24,000 nucleotides of DNA from an uncultured Desulfobacterales bacterium (GCA_964618815.1 CAZUBT010000010.1:32799-56798), one strand, 5' to 3'. Shown: positions 1-11,162, numbered from the stretch's first letter. A program made the numbers and translations. The notes: generated by a model from the letters alone, not told the origin.

Positions 1-2
1 CC

Positions 3-1346
3 ATGGCCCATCCCTTTGACGCCCTGGTGCTGGTGTGCAACTGCGATAAGATTATCCCGGGCATGCTCATGGCCGCGCTGCGCCTCAATATCCCCGCGAT
101 TCTCATTTCCGGCGGCCCCATGTTGGCCGGGCGCTACCAGGGGCGGGAGGTGGATCTCATCACCGTGTTTGAAGGAGTCGGCGCGGTCAAGGCCGGGCGC
201 ATGCCGGAAGCGGAACTGAAGGGCCTGGCGGAGTGCGCCTGTCCAGGGTGCGGCTCCTGCGCCGGCATGTTTACCGCCAACTCCATGAACTGTCTGAGCG
301 AGGCCTTGGGGCTGGCCCTGCCGGGAAACGGCACCATCCCCGCGGTGGCCGCGGCCCGCTTCCGGTTGGCCAAAGAAGCCGGGATGAAGATTATGGAATT
401 GGTGAACCGGCAGATTCTCCCCCGGCAGATCGCCACCTTAGAGGCCTTTAAAAACGCCACGGCCGTGGACATGGCCCTGGGCTGCTCCACCAACACGGTG
501 CTCCACGTGCCCGCCATCGCCCGGGAGGCAGGCATCGACCTGTCTTTGGATTTATTTAACGAAATCAGCGACCGCACGCCCCACCTCTGCCACCTGAGTC
601 CTGGCGGCCCCCACCACTTAGAGGACCTGGACCGGGCCGGGGGTGTGCCTGCGGTGATGAAGGAACTGATGGACGGGGGTCTGGTGTCAGGAGAGCCCCT
701 CACCGTTACCGGGGCCAAAGTGTCCGATAACCTGGCGGACGTCCGGGTGCTGGACCCCCAGGTAATCCGCTCCCTGAACAACCCCTATCACCGGCAAGGA
801 GGCATCGCCATCCTCCGGGGCAACCTGGCCCCGGAAGGCGGGGTGGTGAAGCAGTCCGCGGTGGACCCCCGGATGTTGGTGAACGAAGGCGCGGCCCGGG
901 TCTTTGAATCAGAGGAAGACGCCACCGCCGCCATCCTGGAAGGCCGGATCAAGCCGGGAGATATCATCGTGGTGCGCTACGAAGGCCCCAAAGGCGGACC
1001 CGGCATGAGGGAGATGCTCTCCCCCACTTCGGCCATCGCGGGGATGGGTCTGGATAAGGAAGTGGCGCTGTTGACCGACGGGCGCTTCAGCGGCGGCACC
1101 CGGGGCGCGGCCATCGGGCATATCTCCCCGGAGGCCGCGGAAGGCGGCCCCATCGCCCTGGTTAAGGAAGGAGACCGCATCAAGATCGATATCCCGGCGA
1201 AATCCATCACCCTGCTGGTGGACGACGCAGAACTTTTGCGCCGCCAAGCCGCGTGGCAGCCCCCGGAGCCCAAGATCAAGCACGGCTACGCAGCCCGTTA
1301 CAGCCGCATGGTCTCCTCCGGCAGCAAAGGCGCGGTGTGTGAATAA
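3..1346 (+). CDS. ilvD: Dihydroxy-acid dehydratase, C-terminal 447 aa (5' end outside window)
   Basis: ORF is open to the window edge. The translation has IlvD/Edd-family motifs: [13 protein letters not shown], the [18 protein letters not shown] cluster-binding region, and [11 protein letters not shown]. Confidence 0.95.
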   Translation: MAHPFDALVLVCNCDKIIPGMLMAALRLNIPAILISGGPMLAGRYQGREVDLITVFEGVGAVKAGRMPEAELKGLAECACPGCGSCAGMFTANSMNCLSEALGLALPGNGTIPAVAAARFRLAKEAGMKIMELVNRQILPRQIATLEAFKNATAVDMALGCSTNTVLHVPAIAREAGIDLSLDLFNEISDRTPHLCHLSPGGPHHLEDLDRAGGVPAVMKELMDGGLVSGEPLTVTGAKVSDNLADVRVLDPQVIRSLNNPYHRQGGIAILRGNLAPEGGVVKQSAVDPRMLVNEGAARVFESEEDATAAILEGRIKPGDIIVVRYEGPKGGPGMREMLSPTSAIAGMGLDKEVALLTDGRFSGGTRGAAIGHISPEAAEGGPIALVKEGDRIKIDIPAKSITLLVDDAELLRRQAAWQPPEPKIKHGYAARYSRMVSSGSKGAVCE

Positions 1347-1357
1347 GAGGGGAAAGG

Positions 1358-1437
1358 AAATGTGGAACAGCCGCCCCCGGCTGTTCTTTGGTGGCACAGG
1401 CTTTCCAGCCTGTGCATGAGCCGGCGAGGGCGCCTAC
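1358..1437 (+). repeat. Composite hairpin repeat / terminator-like module downstream of ilvD (copy 1 of 2 in window)
   Basis: The 27-nt core AAATGTGGAACAGCCGCCCCCGGCTGT (1358-1384) is identical to 13410-13436. It contains the stem GAACAGCCG/CGGCTGTTC (1365-1386) followed by TTT. A second hairpin GCACAGGCT/AGCCTGTGC follows. The shared GGCGAGGGCGCCT tail (1423-1435) ends in CCTAC. Confidence 0.6.
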
Positions 1438-1655
1438 TCCACTGCGGATATCCAAGGTTCTATGAGGTGCGAATCTTGGCCCCATAAGTTGTTAATTCGC
1501 CCAAAAAGAATCGTCAAATTCATGACCTAATCGACAACCCGGCCGGGCGAGGTCAGCCAGGCTATCAATAAATGCCCTTCGGGGTTCACGACGAAACGAA
1601 TCTTTGATGATAAATAAAACTGTAACATCATATAGTTAATTGAGTTATCAACAAA

Positions 1656-1686
1656 CTTGACAGACCGTTATTATCACTTTTAAATT
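1656..1686 (+). promoter_or_regulatory. Candidate sigma70-type promoter for dnaN
   Basis: Perfect -35 TTGACA (1656-1661), then about 18 nt, then TTAAAT/TAAATT. It lies in a visibly AT-rich stretch about 30 nt upstream of the dnaN RBS. Confidence 0.35.
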
Positions 1687-1714
1687 TACCTTTACTTTAA
1701 TGGGAGAATTGAAG

Positions 1715-2848
1715 ATGCGGGTGAATATGTCGCGGGAGACTCTGTTAAAGGGGGTGGGGCGGACCCTGGGAGTGGTGGATCGTCGGGGTAACATGCCCAT
1801 CTTGAGCAATTTTCTCTTCCAAGCCGAAGGGGATCGGGTAACCATTTCCGCCACGGACCTGGAGGTAAGCTTCCGGGGGTATTACCCCGCGGTGGTGGAA
1901 GAACCGGGGGCCTTAACCCTACCGGCCCACTATTGCTTCAATCTGATTAAAGAACTCCCTGGGGAATCCGTGGACCTCGTAGGCACGGAAAAATCCAACC
2001 TGAAGATGGAAGTGGGAGAATCTCACTACCATCTCCTGGGCCTGCCCGCGGATCAATTTCCTCCCATCCCCCAGGTCACCGACCAGAAGCTGGTGGAAGT
2101 GGAAAGCGCCTTGCTCCGGGAAATGATCGAGAAAACCATCTTCGCGGTGTCCGCGGACGACCTCCAGTACCATCTGTCCGGCATTTTCTGGGAACGGGTG
2201 CAAACCGAGGAAGGCGACTATATTCTGCGCCTGGTGTCCACCGACGGCCACCGCCTCACCCTGATTGAGCGCGCCCTGCCGGAAAGCGAGCATTTCGCCA
2301 TCGAAGAAGGCATCCTGATCCCCAGGAAAGGGGTAGCGGAAATCTCCCGCCTGCTGGCCGAAGAAGAAAAGGTGTCCATCGGCGTCACCCAGAAAAGCCT
2401 GGTGATCAAAGTAAATGAGAAATACCTATTCATCCGGTTGTTGGAAAAGAAATTTCCCGATTACCGCCGGATTATCCCGGAAAGCTTTGCCATCCGGTTT
2501 GCCCTGAACCGCCGGATGCTGCACGACACCCTGCGGCGCATCTCTTTGCTGTCCACCGAGCGTTTTAAAGGGGTGATTTTTAGACTGGGGGAGAATGCCG
2601 CGGAAGTTACCTTTACCAACCCGGAAATCGGGGATGGCCGGGAGACCTTTCCATTGACCCTGGAGATGGGCGATCCCGAGGGCCTGCCGATAGAGATCGG
2701 CTACAACGCCCGTTATCTATTGGAGCCGTTGAGCGTCATGACGGGAGAGACGGTGTTCCTGGAAGTGAACGAAAAAGACCGCCCCTGCCGCCTGATGGAT
2801 AAGGACGACCCCGGCTACTTCGCCATCATCATGCCCATGAGTTTGTAA
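1715..2848 (+). CDS. dnaN: DNA polymerase III beta sliding clamp
   Basis: The roughly 378-aa ORF has typical DnaN length and layout (three-domain clamp, C-terminal ...RLMDKDDPGYFAIIMPMSL). GGGAGA (1702-1707) sits 7 nt before the ATG at 1715. Alternative in-frame starts exist at 1700 and 1727. Confidence 0.93.
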   Translation: MRVNMSRETLLKGVGRTLGVVDRRGNMPILSNFLFQAEGDRVTISATDLEVSFRGYYPAVVEEPGALTLPAHYCFNLIKELPGESVDLVGTEKSNLKMEVGESHYHLLGLPADQFPPIPQVTDQKLVEVESALLREMIEKTIFAVSADDLQYHLSGIFWERVQTEEGDYILRLVSTDGHRLTLIERALPESEHFAIEEGILIPRKGVAEISRLLAEEEKVSIGVTQKSLVIKVNEKYLFIRLLEKKFPDYRRIIPESFAIRFALNRRMLHDTLRRISLLSTERFKGVIFRLGENAAEVTFTNPEIGDGRETFPLTLEMGDPEGLPIEIGYNARYLLEPLSVMTGETVFLEVNEKDRPCRLMDKDDPGYFAIIMPMSL

Positions 2849-2850
2849 AG

Positions 2851-2881
2851 ACGGTTTTCGGTTTCCGGTTTTCAGTTTTCG
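2851..2881 (-). repeat. Heptad array (GGTTTTC)x4, the reverse complement of the CCGAAAA family
   Basis: CGGTTTTC GGTTTCC GGTTTTC AGTTTTC GG lies directly after the dnaN stop. It is in inverted orientation relative to the array at 3018-3040. Confidence 0.75.
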
Positions 2882-2925
2882 GTAAAAATTATAAAATCGG
2901 ATTTGTTAGGCGCTCAGGGCACATT

Positions 2926-2956
2926 AATGTGGGGCGCGTAATACCCCCACATTTTG
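2926..2956 (+). terminator. Hairpin plus T-run, possible dnaN terminator
   Basis: Stem AATGTGGGG (2926-2934) / CCCCACATT (2945-2953), 10-nt loop, then TTTT. Confidence 0.4.
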
Positions 2957-3017
2957 AAAATTAAAAATAAACACCATACTTTACTTAAAGAAATACAATA
3001 TTCTCATTTGGCCTGAT

Positions 3018-3040
3018 ACCGAAAACCGAAAACCGAAAAC
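3018..3040 (+). repeat. Heptad array (CCGAAAA)x3
   Basis: ACCGAAAACCGAAAACCGAAAAC ends 7 nt before the ATG at 3048. It is the inverted partner of 2851-2881. Confidence 0.75.
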
Positions 3041-3047
3041 TTTTTTT

Positions 3048-3500
3048 ATGGCCCGCATCGGCATTATTACCTGTTCCAATTGCACTCAGGAAACGCACTG
3101 CGCTTCAGTAGTGTGTCTGGGGGATTTACGGAAGCGACGGGGTTTCTTCGAGCAGTATCCTAAAGATGAGCCGTTGGATTTGATCGGGATTATCAATTGC
3201 GCCGGTTGTCCAACCTTGGTAGCGCCGGAAAAAATCTTAAAAAGAGTGCGGGCCGTGGCAGAATTTAAAATTGACGCCTTGCATCTGTCATTTTGCATGG
3301 TGGCTCTTTGTCCTTTTATCCATAAATATATGGACTTGATTAAACAGGCGTTTCCTGATATAAGTATAATAATGGGGACGCATCAACCTGTTGATAAAGA
3401 AAGGTTTAAAAAAGGCGTCAAAGAACTGTTGTGTCAAACTTTGAATCCTTCCCAAACCATGAATGACATGATTAGAGGCACAATAAAAATTCCACAGTAA
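3048..3500 (+). CDS. CGGC-domain (putative metal-binding, Cys-rich) protein
   Basis: 150-aa ORF. The N-terminus IGIITCSNCTQETHCASVVCL...GFFEQY...LIGIINCAGCP matches my recollection of the CGGC domain family (here CAGC in place of CGGC). The gene is visibly AT-rich compared with dnaN and gyrB. Confidence 0.65.
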   Translation: MARIGIITCSNCTQETHCASVVCLGDLRKRRGFFEQYPKDEPLDLIGIINCAGCPTLVAPEKILKRVRAVAEFKIDALHLSFCMVALCPFIHKYMDLIKQAFPDISIIMGTHQPVDKERFKKGVKELLCQTLNPSQTMNDMIRGTIKIPQ

Positions 3501-3517
3501 TAGTTTCTTCTCATTGA

Positions 3518-5965
<2,448 letters not shown>

Positions 5966-6060
5966 CATGTGAAGGAAAGCTGAAGGGGAGAAAGTCTCAA
6001 GCGGCTGCCTTCGGGTGGCCTTCCCTTCAGGATGATACCTTATAAAAAGGAGAAACCTTT

Positions 6061-6465
6061 ATGCATCGCAAAGCCAGCTTCAAAATCTTCGTCACTCGCC
6101 GGGAAATGCTCCCCGTGGGCGATGTCCCTGACCATTCCCTGATGCTCACCGAGATGGAGGGAGAACCCATCAATTATACCCCTGGGGTGGCCGGAGAATT
6201 TATCACCCGCCGCAGCGTCGGCTTTCATGACCGTATCAAAGGCGACGGCCCCATGCAGGGTTATGCCACCACCATCTACCAGAACGGCGTGGTGTACTCC
6301 CGCTTCCATGGAGAAAAAATGGGAGACATGACCAAGGGTACATGGGAGGTTTTTAAAGGCATTGGCAAGTTGAGCGGCCTCAAGGGGACCGGCACCTTTA
6401 TTGTTAAACCCGGCAAAAAGCACGGCGAGTTCATCCTGGACATGGAAGGGGAATACACCCTGTAG
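6061..6465 (+). CDS. Hypothetical small soluble protein (predicted beta-rich; family not recognised)
   Basis: 134-aa ORF with AAGGAGA 7-8 nt upstream of the ATG and a terminator downstream. Contains a G-rich KLSGLKGTGTF motif. No confident family assignment. Confidence 0.55.
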   Translation: MHRKASFKIFVTRREMLPVGDVPDHSLMLTEMEGEPINYTPGVAGEFITRRSVGFHDRIKGDGPMQGYATTIYQNGVVYSRFHGEKMGDMTKGTWEVFKGIGKLSGLKGTGTFIVKPGKKHGEFILDMEGEYTL

Positions 6466-6523
6466 GACCAGCCTGCCATTCCACTGAAATGAAATGGAGA
6501 TTGGGGCATGCCTGAGGATCATT

Positions 6524-6552
6524 GGGGGAACAGGGTTCCCCCATTTCCTTTT
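6524..6552 (+). terminator. Rho-independent terminator
   Basis: GGGGGAAC (6524-6531) / GTTCCCCC (6535-6542) with a 3-nt loop, followed by ATTTCCTTTT. Confidence 0.55.
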
Positions 6553-6613
6553 AATAGGTTTTATCGGTGGGATGGTATAAAAATCCTGGTTTAATTATAC
6601 CGGGGAGAGTGTT

Positions 6614-6970
6614 ATGAACTGCGCCCGTTGTCATAATCCCCTGAATCCGGAGGAGGCCCGGGAACTTACCGGGCAGCGCCTGTGTGAAGACTGTTATCTG
6701 GATGCCGTGAGCACGGTGCGCACCTGCGACCCCTGGGCGGTGCATACGGCCCGGAGCCTCAAGGACCAGGACGGCAAACATTATCTGACCCCGGTGCAAC
6801 AACAGTTTTATGACCTGGTAAAGACCCGGGGGGAAGTGCCGGTTCCCGAAGCCGCCCGGGCCCTGGGACTCACCGAGGAGGAGCTGCGCCGGGAGTTTGC
6901 CCCCCTGCGCCACATGGAGCTCCTGCGGGCCGGCAAAAAGGATCAACTGATTTTTATCACCTTATTTTGA
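6614..6970 (+). CDS. Zinc-ribbon (CxxC...CxxC) plus C-terminal winged-helix-like small protein, translationally coupled to the ECF sigma
   Basis: 118-aa ORF with GGGGAGAG upstream. N-terminus is MNCARCH...CEDC. C-terminus is helix-rich (PEAARALGLTEEELRREFAPLRHMELL). Its TGA stop overlaps the TTG start of the next gene (TTGA, 6967-6970). Confidence 0.55.
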   Translation: MNCARCHNPLNPEEARELTGQRLCEDCYLDAVSTVRTCDPWAVHTARSLKDQDGKHYLTPVQQQFYDLVKTRGEVPVPEAARALGLTEEELRREFAPLRHMELLRAGKKDQLIFITLF

Positions 6971-7521
6971 GCGAAACTCCCACCGATCTGGATTATGCCC
7001 TGCTGCGCCGGGTGGCCCGGGGGGACCAAGAGGCCCTCACGGAACTCATTCGCCGCCATCAGGGGCGCCTCATGCAAATCGCCTACCGTTTGCTGAAAGA
7101 CCCCCTGGAGGCGGAAGACGCCCTCCAGGAGGTCTTTCTCAAGGCTTATGAACACGCCCACCGTTTTGAGCCCAGGTCCTCGGTTTCCGCCTGGCTCAAC
7201 CGCATTACCGCCAACCACTGCCTGAACCTCCTGCGGGCGCGGCATCCCGCCGAGTCCCTGGACGAAGAGGGCGCCTCGCCGGTGGCGGATTCCGGCCCCT
7301 CGCCCCTTGAGGCCCTGGAAGAGCAGGATCTGAGCCGCCGATTGGAGGAACTGCTGGGCGCCTTGCCGGAAAACCAGCGCCGGGCCTTGATCCTGAAGCG
7401 CTTCGGGGGCCTGTCTTATCAGGAAATCGGGGAACAGATGGGCCTCAGCCCCCAGGCAGTGGACGGCCTGCTGAAACGGGCCCGGCAGTTTTTGAAAAAG
7501 GCGTTGGCGGATTATTTATAG
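6967..7521 (+). CDS. ECF-type RNA polymerase sigma factor (sigma-70 family, group 4)
   Basis: 184 aa. Region 2 is EDALQEVFLKAYEHAHRFEPRSSVSAWLNRITANHCLNLLR. Region 4 HTH is LPENQRRALILKRFGGLSYQEIGEQMGLSPQAVDGLLKRARQFL. Confidence 0.9.
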   Translation: MSETPTDLDYALLRRVARGDQEALTELIRRHQGRLMQIAYRLLKDPLEAEDALQEVFLKAYEHAHRFEPRSSVSAWLNRITANHCLNLLRARHPAESLDEEGASPVADSGPSPLEALEEQDLSRRLEELLGALPENQRRALILKRFGGLSYQEIGEQMGLSPQAVDGLLKRARQFLKKALADYL

Positions 7522-7625
7522 AAAGCGCAGAAGCACGCGGATGCACACAGATAGAGATGGAAAAATCCGTGGGGACCTGCGTTCATCTGCGGATCAAATA
7601 TTGAGCCTCTTGCAAAGGTGGTTTC

Positions 7626-7701
7626 GAGGGGAGGGCCGGGGGACATTTTTCGTAAGGGTTCCCCCGCCCTCCCCTCTAACTCCCCTCCCAACCCCCTTTA
7701 A
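7626..7701. repeat. G-run/C-run palindromic repeat plus half-site
   Basis: GAGGGGAGGGCCGGGGGA (7626-7643) pairs with TCCCCCGCCCTCCCCTC (7660-7676). AACTCCCCTCCCAACCCCCTTTAA (7678-7701) matches 11109-11132 at 23 of 24 positions. Confidence 0.6.
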
Positions 7702-7731
7702 TACCAATTCGCCATCAAACGTAATTTTTTC

Positions 7732-7789
7732 GTAGGGGCGAACCTAGGGTTCGCCCACCATTCAGGGCGAACCCAAGGTTCGCCCCTAC
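7732..7789. repeat. REP doublet (REPIN-like): two inverted GTAG-headed GC-rich hairpins
   Basis: GTAGGGGCGAACCTAGGGTTCGCCC (7732-7756) and its inverted partner GGGCGAACCCAAGGTTCGCCCCTAC (7765-7789), separated by 8 nt. Confidence 0.7.
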
Positions 7790-7877
7790 TCAAGAGACTT
7801 CCCCATCGGTAAAATCCCTTTCCGTTGCGGCTCTTAACCTTTATTCCTGGAGGGGGAATGTTTATTATTAGGCCGAC

Positions 7878-10800
7878 ATGAAGATTCACGAACTCCTTTC
7901 CCCGGCGAACATCGTCCCCCGGTTTGACCCCGGGCCCGATGACCCTCTGAAGGCCCTCGTTGCCCTGGCCCGCGCCCGGGCGGGGTCGGCGGTGGACGCG
8001 GCGCGCTTTGAGGCGGAGGAGCTTAAACTCATCCACGGCTATCTGGGAGAGGGCCTGGGGATCTTCCATAACCTGACGGACGCGGTGGATGCGCCGCTTC
8101 TGGTCCTGGCCCTGGCCCCGTCCGGAGTGCAGGTAACCGGCCAGAACCTCCGGGCGCTGGCCGCGCTGCTCTCCCCCCTGAAAGACAGCGGCTACCATTT
8201 TCAGATCCTCTCCAAGCTCATCGCGCTGCTTCGCAATCCGCGCTTCCGGGAAGAATTGCTGGCCAAGGAGACCCCCGGCGAGCTCCTGCGGGCCGTGAAG
8301 CTGGAGGAAGAGTCGGGGCGGGAGCGTTATTGGGTATTGTCCCGGGACGAGGTCCTAACGGAGCTGGAGACCACCGCGCGGGGTCTGTCTCCGGAGGAAG
8401 CCGCGGCCCGCCTTAAGGAGATCGGCCCCAACCGCATCGCCCGGGTTCGGCGCCGGCCCCTGATCCTGCGCTTCGGGGCCAATCTGGTCAATCTCTTTGC
8501 CCTCCTGCTCTGGGCCGCGTCCGGGTTTGCCTACCTGGCGGGGATGCCGGAGCTGGCCTATGCCATCCCCTTAGTGATCTTGATTAACGCGGTTTTCAGC
8601 TTTTTTCAGGAGTACCGGGCCGAAAAGGCCGTTGAGGCCCTGGAACGGCTCATTCCCGCCATGACCAGGGTGGTTCGGGATGGTGAAGTGTGGCAGGTGG
8701 AGGCAGCCGGCTTGGCCCCGGGGGATATCATTCTCCTGGAGGCGGGGGATCAGGTTCCCGGGGACGCCCGCCTCATCGAGGCCGAGGATTTCCGGGTGGA
8801 CAACAGCGCCCTCACCGGAGAGTCCCGCCCGGCTTACAAGTTTGCGGAGCCGGTGGAGGACGGCCAGGAATTTCTCTGGATTGAGATGCCCAACTTGGTC
8901 TTTGCCGGCACCGCCGTGGTATCCGGCTCTGCCCGGGGCGTGGTCATGGCCACGGGCATGGACACCCAGCTGGGCAATATCGCGTCCCTGACTCAGGCGG
9001 TGGAGGAGAAACCCAGCCCCCTTCAGCAGGAGATGCGGGTGGTGGGCAAGGTGGTGGCCGGGGTGGCCTGCTCCGTGGGCCTGGTATTTTTCCTGGCGGG
9101 GATCGTCACCGGCAAGCTCACCTTCCTGGCCAGCCTGATCTTCGCCATCGGCATGATCGTGGCTTTCGTGCCCGAGGGCCTCTTGCCCACCCTGAGCCTA
9201 TCTCTGGCCATGGGGGTGCAGCGCATGGCCCGGAAAAACGCCCTGGTGAAAAAGCTGTCCTCCGTGGAAACCCTGGGCGCGGCCACGGTCATCTGCACCG
9301 ACAAGACCGGCACCCTAACCACCAACGAAATCGTGGTGGGGCGCGTCTGGTTGGGAGGGGAGCTCTTGGGGGTGACCGGGTCGGGCTTCCAACCCCAGGG
9401 CCGCCTGGAACTGCACGGAGAACCGTTGTCCCCGAAAAAGCTGGAAAGCCCCCTGATGGAGTTATTTACCCGAGGCGCGATCCTCTGCAATAACGCGTCT
9501 TTAAGCGCTGCCGGCAAGGTAACGGGAGACCCCACCGAGGCTGCGCTTTTAGCGCTGGCCGCCAAAGCCGGGAAAAATTGGCAGGAGGTCCGGGCCGCCG
9601 CGCCCCGGCGCAAGGCCTTTCCCTTTGAGTCGGTGCGCAAACGCATGAGCGTCATTCATACCTCTCCACAGGGCAGGTTGCACTGCTGGGTCAAAGGCGC
9701 GCCGGATACCCTGATCCCCCTGTGCCGCACTGTGACCGAATGGGATGGCCAGGAGCGGCCCCTCACGACCCAGGACCGGGCCGGGTTAATTCAAGTGATG
9801 AATGACCTGGCCCAGAAGGGACTCCGCCTCCTGGCCCTGGCCTGGAAAGAGGCGGACTCCCCGGAGATGAGCCAGGCCCAGGCGGAGAGCGGCCTCAGCT
9901 TCCTGGGGATTGCCGGCATGATGGACCCGCCCCGGCGGGAAGTGCCCGGCGCCATTGAGAAATGCCATAGGGCCGGGATTCGCGTCATCATGATCACCGG
10001 AGATTACGGCGGCACCGCCCGGGCCATCGCCGGGGAGGTCGGCCTGCGCCTTGATGCCCGGACCCCGGTGATGACCGGAGACCAGGTCTCCCGCCTGCCG
10101 GAGGCGCAACTGCGCAAAATCCTCAAGGGCAAGGAGGATCTGGTCTTTGCCCGCACGTCCCCGGAAGATAAGCTGCGCATCGTCATGGCCCTGCGCGACC
10201 TGGGCCAGGTGGTGGCGGTCACCGGCGACGGGGTGAACGACGGCCCGGCCCTCAAAGCCGCGGACATCGGGGTGGCCATGGGGAAACGGGGCGCTGAAGT
10301 GAGCAAAGAGGCTGCGTCCATGGTCCTGGCGGATGACAATTTCGCGTCCATCGTCACCGCCATTGAAGAGGGCCGGGCGGTTTACGCCAATATCAAGAAA
10401 TTCATCACCTATATCTTTGCCTCCAACGTGGCGGAAGCCATTCCCTTTATCCTGTTCGTGTTAATGGGCATCCCCCTGCCCCTGGGGATCATGCAGGTCC
10501 TGGCGGTGGACCTGGGCGCGGACCTGCTCCCGGCCCTGGCCCTGGGTTCCGAGCCGCCGGAGCCGGGGATCATGGACCGGCCGCCCCGCAACCGTAAGGC
10601 CCATCTCATCAATCCGGAGGTGGCCCGGCGTTTCGCGTTCCTGGGCCTCCTCACCGGGGCCGCGGGGATGCTGGCTTATTTCTATGCCTATCTTACCGGG
10701 GGCTGGCGCCCGGGCCTGGAAATGGCCGCGTCCGGGCCGCTTTATGCCCGGGCCACCACCATGTGCTACGGCGGCATCATCATGGCGGCGGCGGGCAACG

Positions 10801-11069
10801 CCCTGGCCCTGCGCACCGACCGGGAATCCATCTTCAGGGTGGGCCTGACCTCAAACCGCCTACTGCTGGCGGGCCTGGTCAGTGTGCCCCTGGTCCTGCT
10901 GGCCCTGAGCCAGGTGCCGGTCCTGCAACGCAGCTTCGGCACCGCGCCTTTGAGGGGGACGGACTGGCTGGTTCTCCTGATTTTCCCCGTGGTGCAGGTT
11001 TTGGCGGACGAGGCCCGCAAGGCCTGGGCGCGCCGGCGGGATCGGGGGGAGGGGAAGCATAAGGCTTGA
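7878..11069 (+). CDS. P-type (E1-E2) cation-transporting ATPase with N-terminal PTS EIIA type-2 (PtsN-like) domain
   Basis: 1063 aa. Motifs: Cation_ATPase_N-like LSPEEAAARLKEIGPNRI, TGES (DNSALTGESRP), PEGLLPT in TM4, phosphorylation site ICTDKTGTLT, and hinge TGDGVNDGPALKAADIGVAMG. The first ~150 aa are collinear with PtsN/EIIA-2 (GLGIFH versus GIAIPH; LLSPLKDSGYHFQILSKLIALL versus LLVPADQTKTHLHTLSLVAKRL). Confidence 0.9.
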   Translation: MKIHELLSPANIVPRFDPGPDDPLKALVALARARAGSAVDAARFEAEELKLIHGYLGEGLGIFHNLTDAVDAPLLVLALAPSGVQVTGQNLRALAALLSPLKDSGYHFQILSKLIALLRNPRFREELLAKETPGELLRAVKLEEESGRERYWVLSRDEVLTELETTARGLSPEEAAARLKEIGPNRIARVRRRPLILRFGANLVNLFALLLWAASGFAYLAGMPELAYAIPLVILINAVFSFFQEYRAEKAVEALERLIPAMTRVVRDGEVWQVEAAGLAPGDIILLEAGDQVPGDARLIEAEDFRVDNSALTGESRPAYKFAEPVEDGQEFLWIEMPNLVFAGTAVVSGSARGVVMATGMDTQLGNIASLTQAVEEKPSPLQQEMRVVGKVVAGVACSVGLVFFLAGIVTGKLTFLASLIFAIGMIVAFVPEGLLPTLSLSLAMGVQRMARKNALVKKLSSVETLGAATVICTDKTGTLTTNEIVVGRVWLGGELLGVTGSGFQPQGRLELHGEPLSPKKLESPLMELFTRGAILCNNASLSAAGKVTGDPTEAALLALAAKAGKNWQEVRAAAPRRKAFPFESVRKRMSVIHTSPQGRLHCWVKGAPDTLIPLCRTVTEWDGQERPLTTQDRAGLIQVMNDLAQKGLRLLALAWKEADSPEMSQAQAESGLSFLGIAGMMDPPRREVPGAIEKCHRAGIRVIMITGDYGGTARAIAGEVGLRLDARTPVMTGDQVSRLPEAQLRKILKGKEDLVFARTSPEDKLRIVMALRDLGQVVAVTGDGVNDGPALKAADIGVAMGKRGAEVSKEAASMVLADDNFASIVTAIEEGRAVYANIKKFITYIFASNVAEAIPFILFVLMGIPLPLGIMQVLAVDLGADLLPALALGSEPPEPGIMDRPPRNRKAHLINPEVARRFAFLGLLTGAAGMLAYFYAYLTGGWRPGLEMAASGPLYARATTMCYGGIIMAAAGNALALRTDRESIFRVGLTSNRLLLAGLVSVPLVLLALSQVPVLQRSFGTAPLRGTDWLVLLIFPVVQVLADEARKAWARRRDRGEGKHKA

Positions 11070-11108
11070 GGGGAAGGCCGGGGGAAAACCATTCCCCGCC
11101 ATTCCCTC

Positions 11109-11162
11109 AAACTCCCCTCCCATCCCCCTTTAAGGGGGTTGGGAGAGCGGGTTTGGGAGAGG
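11109..11162. repeat. G-run/C-run palindromic repeat (full copy), possible bidirectional terminator between convergent genes
   Basis: AACTCCCCTCCCATCCCCCTTTAAGGGGGTTGGGAGAGCGGGTTTGGGAGAGG. The core is CTCCCA-N-CCCCC-TTTAA-GGGGG-N-TGGGAG. The left arm repeats 7678-7701. Confidence 0.6.

Noticed and set aside
2851-3040. Heptad arrays considered as a possible CRISPR array or other spacer-repeat structure.
   Set aside because: The units are 7 nt, directly tandem, with no unique spacers, and there are no cas genes. This is a simple-sequence or dispersed repeat, not CRISPR.
5966-6060. Imperfect long hairpin after gyrB (CTGAAGGGGA ... TTCCCTTCAG), considered as a terminator.
   Set aside because: The stem has mismatches, the interior is poorly paired, and no T-run follows. 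It is not strong enough to call.
7541-7735. 64-aa ORF in the sigma-ATPase spacer. Similar short ORFs lie at 11066-11364, 21855-22182 and 20112-20501 (minus).
   Set aside because: These ORFs are built from the intergenic repeat families (G/C-run palindromes, REP-like hairpins, A-rich tracts). They have no RBS and give low-complexity translations.
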